DNA from: Trichoplax adhaerens
Taxonomy: Eukaryota > Animalia > Placozoa
Reading direction: 5' to 3'
Length of the DNA stretch: 64,000 nt
Assembly (NCBI RefSeq): GCF_000150275.1
Contig: NW_002060950.1
Location: forward strand, 2,220,106-2,284,105
The position numbers were made by a program, and so were the translations under genes. Positions 45,601 to 59,196 of the stretch are shown here, one piece after another. Every line of letters begins with the position of its first letter. Position 1 is the stretch's first letter. Below the pieces are notes generated by a model. It did not search any database, was not told the DNA's origin, and saw only the letters and a list, made by a program, of their open reading frames with translations.

Positions 45601-48600
45601 ATGCCGTTCTATCAGTAGTTCCTCAAACCTGCAATGAAATCCCATCTTCATTTCTAAATGAAAGCTTCACTACTGGCGATCAGCATTGCAATTTAACACT
45701 ATTGTGGTGCGTTGCGTCTGAAAATATAGGATTAGCTATTACTTAAATTCATTAAGCATAACTAATACAAATGGTTCTAGATTTTAATGGTGGTATACAA
45801 ACTGTCTTCTGACAAAGGAGCAAATATACCTCAGTTTACTCTCTCGCAAGTGATATCAGAGCTAATAAATGTTCATGCTACGTGTACTGTATATTGTAAA
45901 ATTAGTGATGCAGTGAAATACCTGACTTACCTTTTACTGTCCACGATATTATTAGAATTAGTTTTACGTTATTCTAGGTGATTGCACTGGAGAAATATGA
46001 CTACATATAGTATATGCATTTAGCGAGAGCACATTGTACTGTAACAGATACATATGGCTCTAGAATTTTAATATCAATATACTGTCCATATTAGAGAGCG
46101 GAAAAAGACTGTAACAATTCTCTTGTTAACTTACATTTTAGGGCTCGAGACAATGGAATTATTGCTACTACACCATTATCCTTAGTAAGTCGCAAGATTA
46201 TATCAGCATATTTTGTGCTACTCTATAATCATATTCTATACCTGTTCTTGTTAGAACTAATTTTTAAGATCTTTTAAGTACGCTAGCAGTGAATTAGATT
46301 TCAACTTTAAGATTTTTATCGAGTTTCTTCGTTGACTTATTCTTCATTTTTCATGTATAATTTATTCTGAGAATAACCTTTCAAAATAGCTATAGCTAAG
46401 CATACGTAACTGCTAGCATAGATTATTATTCATTTGGTCTTCATTCTTGACGAGATTCCATCACTAATAAATTTTCAATTTTTAACTAGCTTTAATGCTG
46501 GCAATAATTTTTCAACTTTATTTAAGTACTTCTATGTAAAATTTTTCATTTGATTACAATCTTAGTGGATTGTGTTTATCAACATATTTCTCCTTTATTA
46601 AAGCATTCGTACAAGGAAGAGTTTTACAATAGTTGATCAATTATAGACGTCATGCTCATGCTTACCGTTCAATTTCTTTCTATTTCAATTACCTAGATTT
46701 TATATCAAAATTATCCTCAATTTCGATGGGCTGCTGTTTTGGTTGTTCTTTTTGTGTTTATGACCACAATTATATCTTATCTGACGGCAGGATTACCATT
46801 GATGACCTTAAGTAATTGCTTTCATTTTATGGATAATTGATGTAACTACTGTAATGAATATTTGGATTGATTTAAATAAACTGCTATAATGACTATATTA
46901 ATAATATGATTGCAAGAAACTCTCATTATTATATTTCAGAAAGAAATAGTAGTATTCTTTTAATTGTTTGATAGGTAACAAATTTATCCTTTCTAATGAT
47001 ATAGTTACTGGTATAAATGAAAGTTTTTGGAAGAAGTATACATCTTTAGTGCAGAAAACGCAAGAACAAAGTGATGAAGATTTATTAACCAATTCCGCCG
47101 CCGAGCGACAACGCGTTTGGATGTGGTAGGGATTATCATTGTTGATATTATGATTGGCTATAGCCACCAATTAGCTCAGTATCTGAAGCTTTAATTAGAA
47201 CTGTGCCAGTGTACATGATTTAGGAATACTAACTAATATTACTGTATGAAGTCTTAAAAAATCTGTTAGTACACTTATATCTATGCTAAGGGAAACGATT
47301 GATTAGGACAGTGCAGCAGTTTCGATGATTACTTCAGTGCTAATGTTTTAAATTTTTGAATAATCTCTAATGTAACATCCCTGAGTACGTATCTCTAAAC
47401 TATATAAACTATCCTCCAGGGTTTTAGGCTATAATGGTCTTAAATTACTCATACCAATATAGATGACTACGAGTTTCATTGGAGCAAAATATGCAGCGAT
47501 TATTGTGCACTGTAATATTTATGTATTTAATTCGATAAAATTAGTTTGGCATGTTGCTCTAATGCAAAGAATGGAATAAGCTTAAAAACTGCGCACGTGC
47601 TTATTTCTGTTCCTGTCATCTGATATAAAGGAATAAACTTTAGTTTTTCAGAAGTGTTCCTTCAAATTTTGGTATTTCTGGCTATTTATTTAATTTGTCA
47701 CTTTGGTGTTCATGTAAGGATAACATTCGATATTTAAAAACAGTATTAATGCTAATTGAAGACAATTACGGATTGTCGTGTACTTAGTTCATGGTACTCT
47801 TCCTCTATGAATGTCTAATTTTAACCAATCTTTCTTGAAAATTACCAGTAATTATATCAATATTAACTGCGGATCGATTGCTACTTGTTTCTGAGATTTA
47901 TCTGTTTGGAATGAGCTTTTATGTTAATTAAATTGGAAAATAACATAAGAACTTTTTAGGAAATTATAGTTTTCCGCTTGTTTGTAATTATCCGTTTTGT
48001 ACAATTGTCTAATATGGTTATCTGATTATATATCATTATGTTTAATATGTAAAATTTTGATAAATCATAAATATTAATGCGGGATTCAATCGTGGATGGA
48101 TTTGACTACTTTTATCAGAGCTTTCCGTTATACTAATTTACTTCTAAAACTTTCTGATGATCAGTAATTTACTTCAGTTCAAAGTTCAAGAAAAATCAAC
48201 AGATTGATTTTATCCTCTTCTACATGTGTTAAAATATAACTGTAAAATATAATTCAATTATTATTTGACAGCATCATTATGTCTAACTGAAATTTATTTG
48301 ATTTTGATTTATTGATTAGAATTTTTATAACTTTGCCAATTACGCTTCTGCCTTAACATCTCTCCTATTTAATGGGTTATTTATTCCGATTTTATTCTAT
48401 TATGCAAACAGCTCCAAGCTAGGGTATGTTTAACTGGTACATTTTAAGTAAGAAATTTATTAAGCTGTTCTCAGACAGACTATTGTTGGTGAAATAAGAC
48501 TCTATTAATAATACAAGGTTTATGCTATTAATTATCCATTTGTCTTTGTGTCTAGTACACAAGCGTGATATATCGTAATTGTTAATATCTTTGATTTTAG

Positions 48601-48724
48601 TGAAGTTGAAGTTCCACTAGCGGTGCCTGGCTGGCTACGATTCGGAGCACTTGCACTAATGCTAATCTACTTTTTTATGACTATTATTGATATTTTAATG
48701 ATAGCCAAAGTAATCAAAGTCTAG
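42610..48724 (+). CDS. Amino-acid permease-like transporter, paralog B; 16 coding exons
   Basis: Same exon structure as A: YFISLAYLQGYTLLAMPNSIAHTGIRPF; INFHLISEMFLP; NGLSGSQIF; SLGGTARLMPYL; WCYAVLSVVPQTC; GIIATTPL; VEVPLAVP; stop at 48722-48724. Confidence 0.85.
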
Positions 48725-50726
48725 CTACCGTTTATGGCTGGTTACAGTATCAACAGGAAGAATTTCAGATTTTAACCTACTATTTGTTAATCTTAGTTCA
48801 CCGCTAGACAATTTCGTAATGGCTAAGAATTTTGCAATGGAAAGAGACTTTAGCATTCATTTTTAAGAACAAATTATTGTGGAATTTAGTCATTTATTGC
48901 TGAATCTATAAACATTAAAATATCCTATTACGGAAATTGAGATATACGTATATCAGCTATATTCGATATTTTTCTCTTTTACCGGACTTGAAAGAATCGT
49001 TTGCCACAAAATGGACATATCATATAATAGTTATTGGCTGATTGCTTGCTGGATCTATACGAACTAAGCAAACTTTTCTACTAATTATTTGTCAAATATT
49101 TAATAAGTCGTTATTTTCTGGACCATAAGAGGGTAAAACACCGTTGGATGGCGTAAAACTATATCAAATTTGTGACTATTTGTTGCGAGAATCCTATTTA
49201 TCAGCTATATACGTTATGGTTTATCTTTCTAAGTCTGAAAGAATTGACTTTGACAACTAGTATAAGCTTAAATCTACTATAAGCTATTTGCTACTAGATC
49301 TATAAAATGTAAACCATGTTTATACTGTAATATATGCAAGTTCTATCTATTATTACTACTGGGCTAGGAAAAACTAACAAATTTATTAATTGGTATTACC
49401 TTCGATTTGCAAATGGGCTATTTGCTACTAGGATTACAAGTAATAATCGTTGAACCGAGGTACTGCTAGTAGTAAGTTACAAATTGCAGGTATTATCTCT
49501 CTACAGTAATCTTATAAGAAACTGTAGCAGAAACTGATGGTGGGTTAATCTATGCCAGTTATAAAATATTCTGTTCGTGATAAATTTTGGGATTACTAAA
49601 TACTTGCATTAATCATCAGATGCTATTTACCGGCTTCGAAGGAAATAAAAATGTATTTGCTAAAAATTTCTATCTAATTTTAAGTATTAAGATTGTATTT
49701 TATCAATCACAAGAACTATGAGCAGTGCAGAGTATTATGGACTACTAAATGTATCGTAAGATAAATACAGAAAAGACACTACCGTTAATCATACTGAACA
49801 TGGCTTATAGTCTACAATTGCAACACTAAGTTACTTTACAATAGTATAAAGATTGTCATGAAATAATTGTACTGGAAAGTAGAATTTAGGCACGATCCTG
49901 AAATGATTTATCTTTGATCAACAGAAGGATAATATAGGATGAGAATGATTCAATTTTTATCGCAAAGTTATGTAGCCTTGGCTCAATTTATAAACCAGCA
50001 GATGCTTACGATTTTTGTTCTAGCCATGCTTATGTATTTATATTTCATTGCTAAATAAGGTTAAAGTTAGAATAGAAATAATTCAGTTATCTACAAAATC
50101 GAAATAAATTAAAGTTTTCCGTAGATGCTTAAAATTAATTAAGAGAGAACAGCATATTCAGCTTGAAGCTATTGAATGTCTGTAGATTTCAAATGAATGT
50201 CGGTAATAAAGAGCGAGAGGGGAAATCAAGGGAATTCAAAAGACAATAGGAGGCATAATGCCTTCTTAGCAGAAGAATTCCCAACAGGATTAATGAATTT
50301 GTATGTATGGATCTTATTGGATTCTTACGAGAAAAAAACTAATCGATAACGAAATATCGGATCCCGTTTCAAGAAAAAATTGATGATTTTTAGAGGTACT
50401 TAAAACGTTTGAGTATCTAATTACATGGGTTTCCATCACGGTTAAAAATTGTGGATAAAAATTATTGCTTGGCTTTGAAAATTATCTAGTAGAGAGGTAA
50501 TAATACCGCATATAGCTTTAAACTTTTGCGTTCATTATGGTTTAAAGAGGAAGACTACATTATGTCATCCAGTAGATTATACTTGCTGCTTTCATTCATA
50601 ATACTAACTAACGGCTAATATTTAGATTTAGAATAGATTTTAGGCACTGTTTGATATGAAACTACGATGCTTTAACCAACATTCAATCTCAATTGAACGT
50701 GACTAGACAATCAGGATAATTTGAGT

Positions 50727-53700
50727 ATGGAAAAATTGAAGAATGATAGCACATCAACTCAAAATAATCGATGGATGACCTTGTGGATGCGCTTTAAAAA
50801 TTTTCTATATTATTTAAGAATTTGTAAGTTTTCAACTACCCTGTTTATCGTGATAAATTTTGTATGATCTCAAAGATAGATAAATGATAATTGTACATAA
50901 TCGTGAAATTATTCATATATTAAAATTACTAAAATAGATCTACTTCTGGCTATAGATCATGGAAGTATCTCCATATGAGCTATTTACTATCTCTCTCTTT
51001 TATAATAACTTGGAAAAGATTAATTTTTCATGTCTAAGTCATTAAATCCGACAATAATTAAAGCAAAAACTACAGTACTGTGTGCTTATTTTCACTTTAG
51101 TGTTACAGATGTATAGTATGCTTTTTCAAATGCAGTAAGTATTAGATATGTTTATTTGATGGGAAAGTTGACAGAATTATTTAATTATTTTATGCCACGT
51201 TTATTTTATCGATCGGTTTGCATAATTTAGTCAAGACATCGAGACAATCGTGTATATCAATAGTAAAGTCTATACGCGATAAAGTAACTGCTTGTATTAC
51301 ATATTATCATAAAATAGCTCTGCAACAAGATAACGCAATGTACGATCAATAAGTCAATTCCTTGAACTACGTATCAAGGAACGATATTTGCACTATCAGG
51401 AACACTTTTGTTCTACTAGTAGACTACACAAAGACTTAGACGCTTCGTATTTTACGTTAAACACCAAGTTTAAGAATCCACTTAATTACATGATATACTG
51501 CATTTATATACTCTTCCTCGACAGTTCATGAGTCATAGTTAGTACGATTAACTTTGGAATCATTCACTGAATTAGACATAATTTTAGCTACTGCTCTCTA
51601 ATGCAGACAACAGTATTTACGAACATAGACATCTGATGACTAATACAGAATAGTCAGATTACGGTATGTTATATTACGGGACATTTCCACAATAATTTAC
51701 AATCTGCCGTAAGTAAGTTACAATCACAATGATTCGAACTATAGTTAGATAATTTGCATTCCCTAATATAACTATTAATTTCAGTATATTTATATATGTC
51801 ACTGTCATAAAAAGCTAGTACTATATTAAAACACAGTATATCCAGATTAGAAATTAACTAAATAAGGATAGGCTAGCAAAATTATCCAACATAGATATTT
51901 CTACTCTAATACAGTATTAAACACTGTCACACTTCGTAGATAGAATCATCATTCAAAAGTCACAGAAAATAGCTAATATCAAGAGAGAATTAGAAAAAAT
52001 TATAGATGGATGTAGAATTACTAATTTACGACTAGCTATCATAAAATCAATCTAAAGTCTGATGACTGTTAGTTCTGATTTCCTTTCTATGTTTGCTCTA
52101 GTTGATTTTGTTAAAAGTTTATCTTGGTAAATTCTTGATTAGCAATGATTACGATAAAATTTTCTTTTCTAGTGTAATTCTGTTTATAATAATTAGTAGA
52201 CAAACTTATTATATCTAAGATGGAAGATATCCAGTCATTAATAATTTATCACTACTACAGGATTGATATGTATTTAAACACGCCAAATATTTGTAATAAT
52301 AATTTTCCGTTCTTTTATATGCCATACCTCACAGATTTTATTTGCATTGCTTATATGCAAGGTTGCTCATTCCTTGGTAAGTAGCATAGTTGTAATTGAA
52401 GATAACTGTTGATAAAAATCAAGTATTGGGCATTATTTTGTCTAGATGGATTACCTTTGATTTATCAATTTGATATTTGTAGCTTTTATTGGATAATTTA
52501 AGTGTCTGACTTAAAAAAATCTATATTAAATGATTTTAGTTCAATTGATTTACAGTGTGATCTGTATTGGATGATTGATTAATAATCTATTTTTAATGAT
52601 TTTGATTGATTAATTCATAGTATATGTTGGACGATTTAGTTGAATAGTGAACAATAATCCCTAATCTTAATGCATTATATAAACAATCGCAAGAAATATT
52701 ACATTTTTAGTTCATTAACCAGGTATTAAACTAGAAACACTTACAGCTTATCATGTAGTACTGTATCTTGTAATCTTGGAAATATAATTTGTTATCTGCT
52801 AGATCTAGGTACTTAATGTTAATTAGTAAACTTAACTGTTTGGCAAGATTTGACAGCTGTAGTTGATTTACTGAATAAAACCCTGAAATTGTATTTCTTA
52901 TACTTACTAAAAATGAAAAGTTGAGATTAGAATGTAAATAACAGTTTCACCTTGTTTCTTTCAGCATTACCAAATAGCATAGCTAATACTGGTATAAAGC
53001 CATTTATTGGTGTCTATTTCATAGCGTTAGTTGTAGAGGTAAGATGAATACGGTAGCTTGACCTATCATATGAAAATGAGATGATCAAATTATCCAATAT
53101 AGATTTCAACTTATTTACATAATAGCAACGAACTATATTCATAATCTATCTGTATCAAATATTTTATATGCCTTCTCGATTCCAAAAGATTCCGTTAACC
53201 TTCTTGGTCTTGGTAATCATACAAAAAGCTGCAGTATTAAGAAAAAGTGGTCGATTATATGCCAAGGTAATAATCTATTTTAGCACTTCTATGTTTTCAA
53301 TTCAAGTATCCAAAATCCGTGGGCTATCAAGATGAAGCACTACTGACCTAAATGGAATATTGAATATGCTTAAACTTGCAAGCAAAGACCTTAATTTACA
53401 TTTTATAATGTTTTGGCATTGATTATTTGCGTTACTGTATTCAATGTCGTGATATAATGAATTTAAATTATTTGAATTTCATTAGATTATACTGATGTTG
53501 CTACATTAATAACTAATAAAAATCGTCTAATAAATTTCTATAAAATATCCGATAATACAGTTACTTTTTCATATACTGTGTAAATAACAGCTGAAGCAAC
53601 TTAATGCCGATAATAGCGAGGATGATGATATTGATAGTGATGCTAAAGGCAGCGAGAACGAGAAGAAATTCAACGATACGGAAATTAATTTTCATCTACT

Positions 53701-56700
53701 TTCTGAGTCTTTTCTACCATGGTTTCTACAAATTGCTTTCGATGCCCTATGCTTCGGCTTGCTGTAAGTAGATGAAATGAATTAAAACCAATACATACCG
53801 TGAACTTGGATGGTATTGAATTGAGTTAGATTGATTGTATCTGAGTAAGATTCTGTTTTATAATGCAATGACGTTTAGATTTAATGCAGAAATTGCTAAT
53901 GCCTTGTCGGGTAGTCAAGTTTTTGGTCATCTTCTTAGAATAAAGTAAGCTATCTGGGATTACAGATTTTCATCCCTGTTTATAATTATAGCTAAGTTAT
54001 TTTTACAATAATAAAGATTTTAAATTTTCTTGCATCAGATGTTGATAGCAAATTCAGCGTATTGACTTTCAATTTATAGGTTAATCTCATCCTAATTGTT
54101 ATTTTATTTGTTACTGCTTTCAGATTTAAGAATATTTTAGCACTCTTTGTTTGGATTGAAGTATTTCTACTGATTTTTGCTCGAAGACTTTTAAATCTTG
54201 TAATTCCGATAGCATCTTTAGTTAGATGTATTATATTACTAATAATGGTAAGTTAACTGACTTACAAGTACATCTATTAATCTAGATAATATTCAACGAT
54301 ATATTAGTGACCTGTCTCTGCTAAATTCAATCTAATTATTTTTAAGCTAAGATTAAGATCTTCAGTTCAGTTTGGGGTAGTTTACAACCGAAACTAAGGT
54401 CTTTGCTTTAAATTTTTATTATTCATACTGTAGCTATTGAAAGGCTTCCATATTTTAATTTAAATTAATAGTAGAGAAAATTTCCTGTAGCTAATAAATC
54501 TGGATTGTTAACAAGTAAGATTCAAGTCTCTCAGTTAAACTTAGATGGTTTGATAACTTACAATACCATTTTTATTACATTTAGTCATTATTAACTTAAT
54601 TTTTGCTCTTTCTATTGAAGTAGACAATTAATAAATTAACAATAGTATCATATTAAATTTATATCATTGATATTGAAGAAAGTAATTTCCAGATAATTCA
54701 AACCCTTAATAATCAACATCATGGCTTTTTGAATAGTAGATTGAAATTGATCATTAATCCTACTATTTAAATATTTACGGTCTATTGCGTAAAATTAGAT
54801 CATTAATTATCTATAATGATATGATCTTTAACATAATATTAATCATTTATAGCTAAACTCAAGATATTTTCTTTAATTTTAACAAATAAAAGCCGACATG
54901 ATCGTCGCTCTAGTAAGCCAAATTTTTGCTAATACCTTAATTAAAACGACAACCTGCATTTTAGAAAGTAAACAAAGATCAAAGGCCGCTAATATGTACA
55001 TATCTAATGTTTCATTTTTTTAAATTAGTTCGTAATGGATAGTTTATTTATACATTAAGTCTCAATTGTATAAATTAACTTTTCGTGAAGCAGTAAAATG
55101 TAGCTTTAACGAAATTTATTCGAGTGCCAGTTTTAGTATTTGATTAAGGATACTAATATCGATATAAATACTTCATATTTCATTATTTGAGAGCACTGTT
55201 CATTTCTTCATCGTTTATAGATAATTATTTGTTTTATCGTTGGTCATTCTGTACATCATCCGATCCACAATAGTTGGCAGCGTATATCATCTCCGTTCCT
55301 AATTTGTCTAGTTTCAATAGGAGGAATGGCTAGAATAATGCCATACTTGGCTAACTTTGTGCCGTTCGAAAGGAAAAATGTATATTAAATTACATAAAAA
55401 ATTCTTCTAATCAGCAATGTATAGATTATCTTCTCACTTTGGATTATTTTTTATAAATTAGCTTATGTATTTGATTTTAACAACCGCGTTGGCTCAATGC
55501 TCTGTTGCACTCTTTAATATATTATGGTAAGATGAACTGTTACATCAGTAACTGTTATGCTTGCATTAAATTGAAAATATCAGCGGACGATTTTACAATG
55601 AATAGAACCTAGATTAAAAATGTTGCCTTAATTGGTATTTCCAACACTATTAAGATTACCAATATATATTTATAGAGGGTTACTGAAGAATCAATTACCG
55701 AATTAATTTTAAATTGATACCTATGGGATTACTGTATGCTCGTCTTTCTAGGGTTTATGCAGTTGTATCAGTAGTACCTCAAACTTGTCATGATATTCCT
55801 AGTACCTTTATGATTCAAAATTTAACAACGGAAAATTCACACTGCGATCTGACTTTGTTATGGTAAGACATACGGACCAACAATATTTAAGTTATATCGA
55901 TTATGAGTGAACTTGTTTGTATTAATGCAAATAATCTGAAAACATTTACTTATTTTCTACTATTTATCACTTTAACCTGGCTGCAACTAGGGGGAAAAAT
56001 CATGGCGAAATAGCTACTAATCCGTTAGTCAAAGTAAGCTAATTAATACTAGTAGCATAAGTGTATTTTACTTAATTATGGCGGAGCAATACCTATAATT
56101 ATAAATCTACTTGTGTTCTTGATAATAAAGGCATTAAATTTTTGTTTTAAAATTGCATTTTGCTATTTGTCTTAGCTAAGTGCTAATGTTCATACTGCAA
56201 GTAGTAAAAGATTTAATAGCTAGATCTTTTCAACAATAGTTATATTATCTGTTTATTTAAGCGTATATGATATTCACCATGATTATCCCTAATTTCATAT
56301 GGTCGTATCGATAATATTGTTGATTCTAGTGATACTACATACTGTTTAATCAAGAAAGTAGCATTACTTAATACTTATAATTCATCTGATCCAATTTAGA
56401 TATTGACCATATATTACGTTCAATATAAATGGGTTGCGTCTGTTGTAATCGGCTGCCTAGTATTATCTACTCCAATGTCTTTTCTGGCAAACGGAATGCC
56501 ATTAATAACATTAGGTAATTTCTTCATTCTTGTTTATTTTTTAGCTATAAATTATGTCATTCACCACGTATATTTGTAATTATATAAGCATTATATTAGC
56601 TTGTACTCCATATTCTTATTTGCTATAATACGCAGTTATCGTCTATACGCGTTATAGCCATGATTGTGGCATGTTTTGGTAAAGTATTATGATCATAATG

Positions 56701-59196
56701 AATGATTTAATTCATTGGATATATGTTATTGCCATTGTTTTATAATGCATTTTCTGTATTACTATAATTTTTTGAAATAACATTGATCATTGACCATGTA
56801 GTTATCGTTGTGGTGATAGCCTTGTCTTGAATTTTTACTGCTGTTGCGCTCCTTAAGTAAATTTGGACGAATAATAGGCCATGACTGCAGTGAATTGTTG
56901 AATACTCTTGATTGTTATTAGTTGGAATTAACGATGAGATACACTTTATGGTTAAAACAGTAATCTGACTTCAACTTAGCTACTAATTTTTATGATAAAG
57001 AATAGTTTTTGGATAGGCTTTGTCGGGTAATTTTAGCTTATTCTTCAAGCTCTTTTATACTATGCTATGATTACCTTAAATTTCGTTTCATCGTAATATT
57101 TGCAATCTATTTCAAAATTTTTAGCTTATTCAAAAGCATAGAGCAATGCATTAATGGTTATTTTTAATTCTTATACACGTTTATAATATACTTTATTTCA
57201 TTGACATGGATTCAGCAAGTGGCATTAATGAGGGAATATGGCATCACTTTTTACCTGATGAACCTGTAGTGATATCAGAAGACAATCAACAAGTCGCAAA
57301 AAATTCGTCGAATAAGAAAAAACGTAACTTTCGTTTATGCATGCGGTAAAATCAACATGTAGCTAATTCAGTATTTACATATATATAACCTATCCCTCAG
57401 GCTAAAAGTATGACAATACTTAGGCTTATTGAATGTACATTGATCTAGATTATCGGAAATTCTACTTCAAGTGATTATATTTACTGCCCTTTATTTGATT
57501 TGCCTATTTTGTCCTCAGGTTTGATACATTGAACTTTATTAGGCATTATTTAATACTATAAAGATTATTAGATAAAGAAAGAAGCTAGTATAAGGTCCAA
57601 TATAAAGATAGCTTTACTTTATTCTCTGATTGCAAATAGGCATTTTACATCTTCGCCAATTATGGTGCTTCATTAGCAAGTTTCCTATACAGTGGTATTT
57701 TCATTCCGATTCTCTTTTACATTGCTACAAGCAAAAAATATGAGTAAGTTAATATTTACCCTTTATCTAGTTCTATTACTTCTATTCTGTCATATATCGA
57801 AGCTTTTCACCTAGTAGCCGTCGGACATCCTACGATATTTTTGTATTTCCGCTTAAAGCATATTTTTAAATCTGTCGTACGATCAAGTTATGAGTAGAAA
57901 TTAAGCATTATTTATAATCAGGAAGGACATTATAAAATTATTCCAAAATAATTTTAAATTAATTAGCTAAGATGCTACTAAGAGCAGAGAGTATTATATT
58001 AAATATAAATGGTTTAACAACTTAAGGCTTCTTTCAGGAAGAAGCATGAAAGATCTTGCTAGTATTATATGAATATTAGGAGGAAATATGGTTTTCTATT
58101 AATATATAAACATTTAGAAGTCATTTAGCTCTATTGCACGGGCATAAATTTCCTAAGCTTGCCTGTCTAGTAGTCAATTTTAGAAGTAATAGCGATAACG
58201 GGAAGGGAGAGAAGTGAATCACTAATTAAAAAGTATCTATTTAAGATATTGTTTAATGTCATTAAATTTGCATTTACATATTTTTCAGGCTTACTTTCTG
58301 TAGCATAATAAAGTAGTCTTAATAACATTAGTGATGAAGTAGAACATCGTGGCATATCGTTTCCTTCTTACTATCAACGTAATTTACTTGAAGGATACGG
58401 CTATACTGGAGAAAAAAAACGTTAGGATACTAGCAGTTCTGACAGTTTACAGAATATTTAAAAAAAATACCACTTGAAAACATACTACACGAATATAATT
58501 TAGAACTATTCTAGGAAATTCCTCTTTTTTCCTATACTGACAGCTAGCCCCGATAACTAAACGTATTTGCGATATGTTAAAAATAGAATTAGCTTTATGA
58601 AAGCTAACTTTTTATGGAAGAGCCGTTCAAGGTATTAACCTTAACACTATTGAATTACCAATATCAATTTAATATGCAACTATCCGAGAGAGTTGTCCGG
58701 TGGCAAATATGAGGGAGGAGAAAGAGGAATTGTTCGTATACTGTTTTAAACAAATATGGCCAATTAATCATTGTAATCTTTTTACCTCTCTACCAATGAG
58801 GAGTCAGATCGCGACGTGCCGAAGTCTTGTAAAATTATAATCTATTTTAAAAATAAAATTAAGAAAATTCCTGAAAATATTTCATTTCATGCAATTTAAA
58901 TAAATACCAGTGATGATTTCTATAATTTAAATGTGGTTATAAATTTTATTATGCTGCTAGTTCATATGGAATAACAGGAAAATTTACGCAACTGTTTAAT
59001 ATGTACTATGCCTCCAGAATGACCAAATTCTTGAATATTCTTATTAGAACTATATTTTTACCTTGTTATTAGTGATATTGAGATTCCTCTGCCTGTGTCG
59101 TCTATGTTTCGCTATGTTGCGTCAATTTTGATGGTATTTTATGTGGCTATGGCTGTGGTTGCTATATTGGTTACAGTGAAAGTAATTCCTGATTAG
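50727..59196 (+). CDS. Amino-acid permease-like transporter, paralog C; 16 coding exons (start could lie slightly upstream)
   Basis: YFICIAYMQGCSFLALPNSIANTGIKPF; INFHLLSESFLP; NALSGSQVFG; SIGGMARIMPYL; WVYAVVSVVPQTC; GEIATNPL; IEIPLPV; stop at 59194-59196. Confidence 0.85.
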
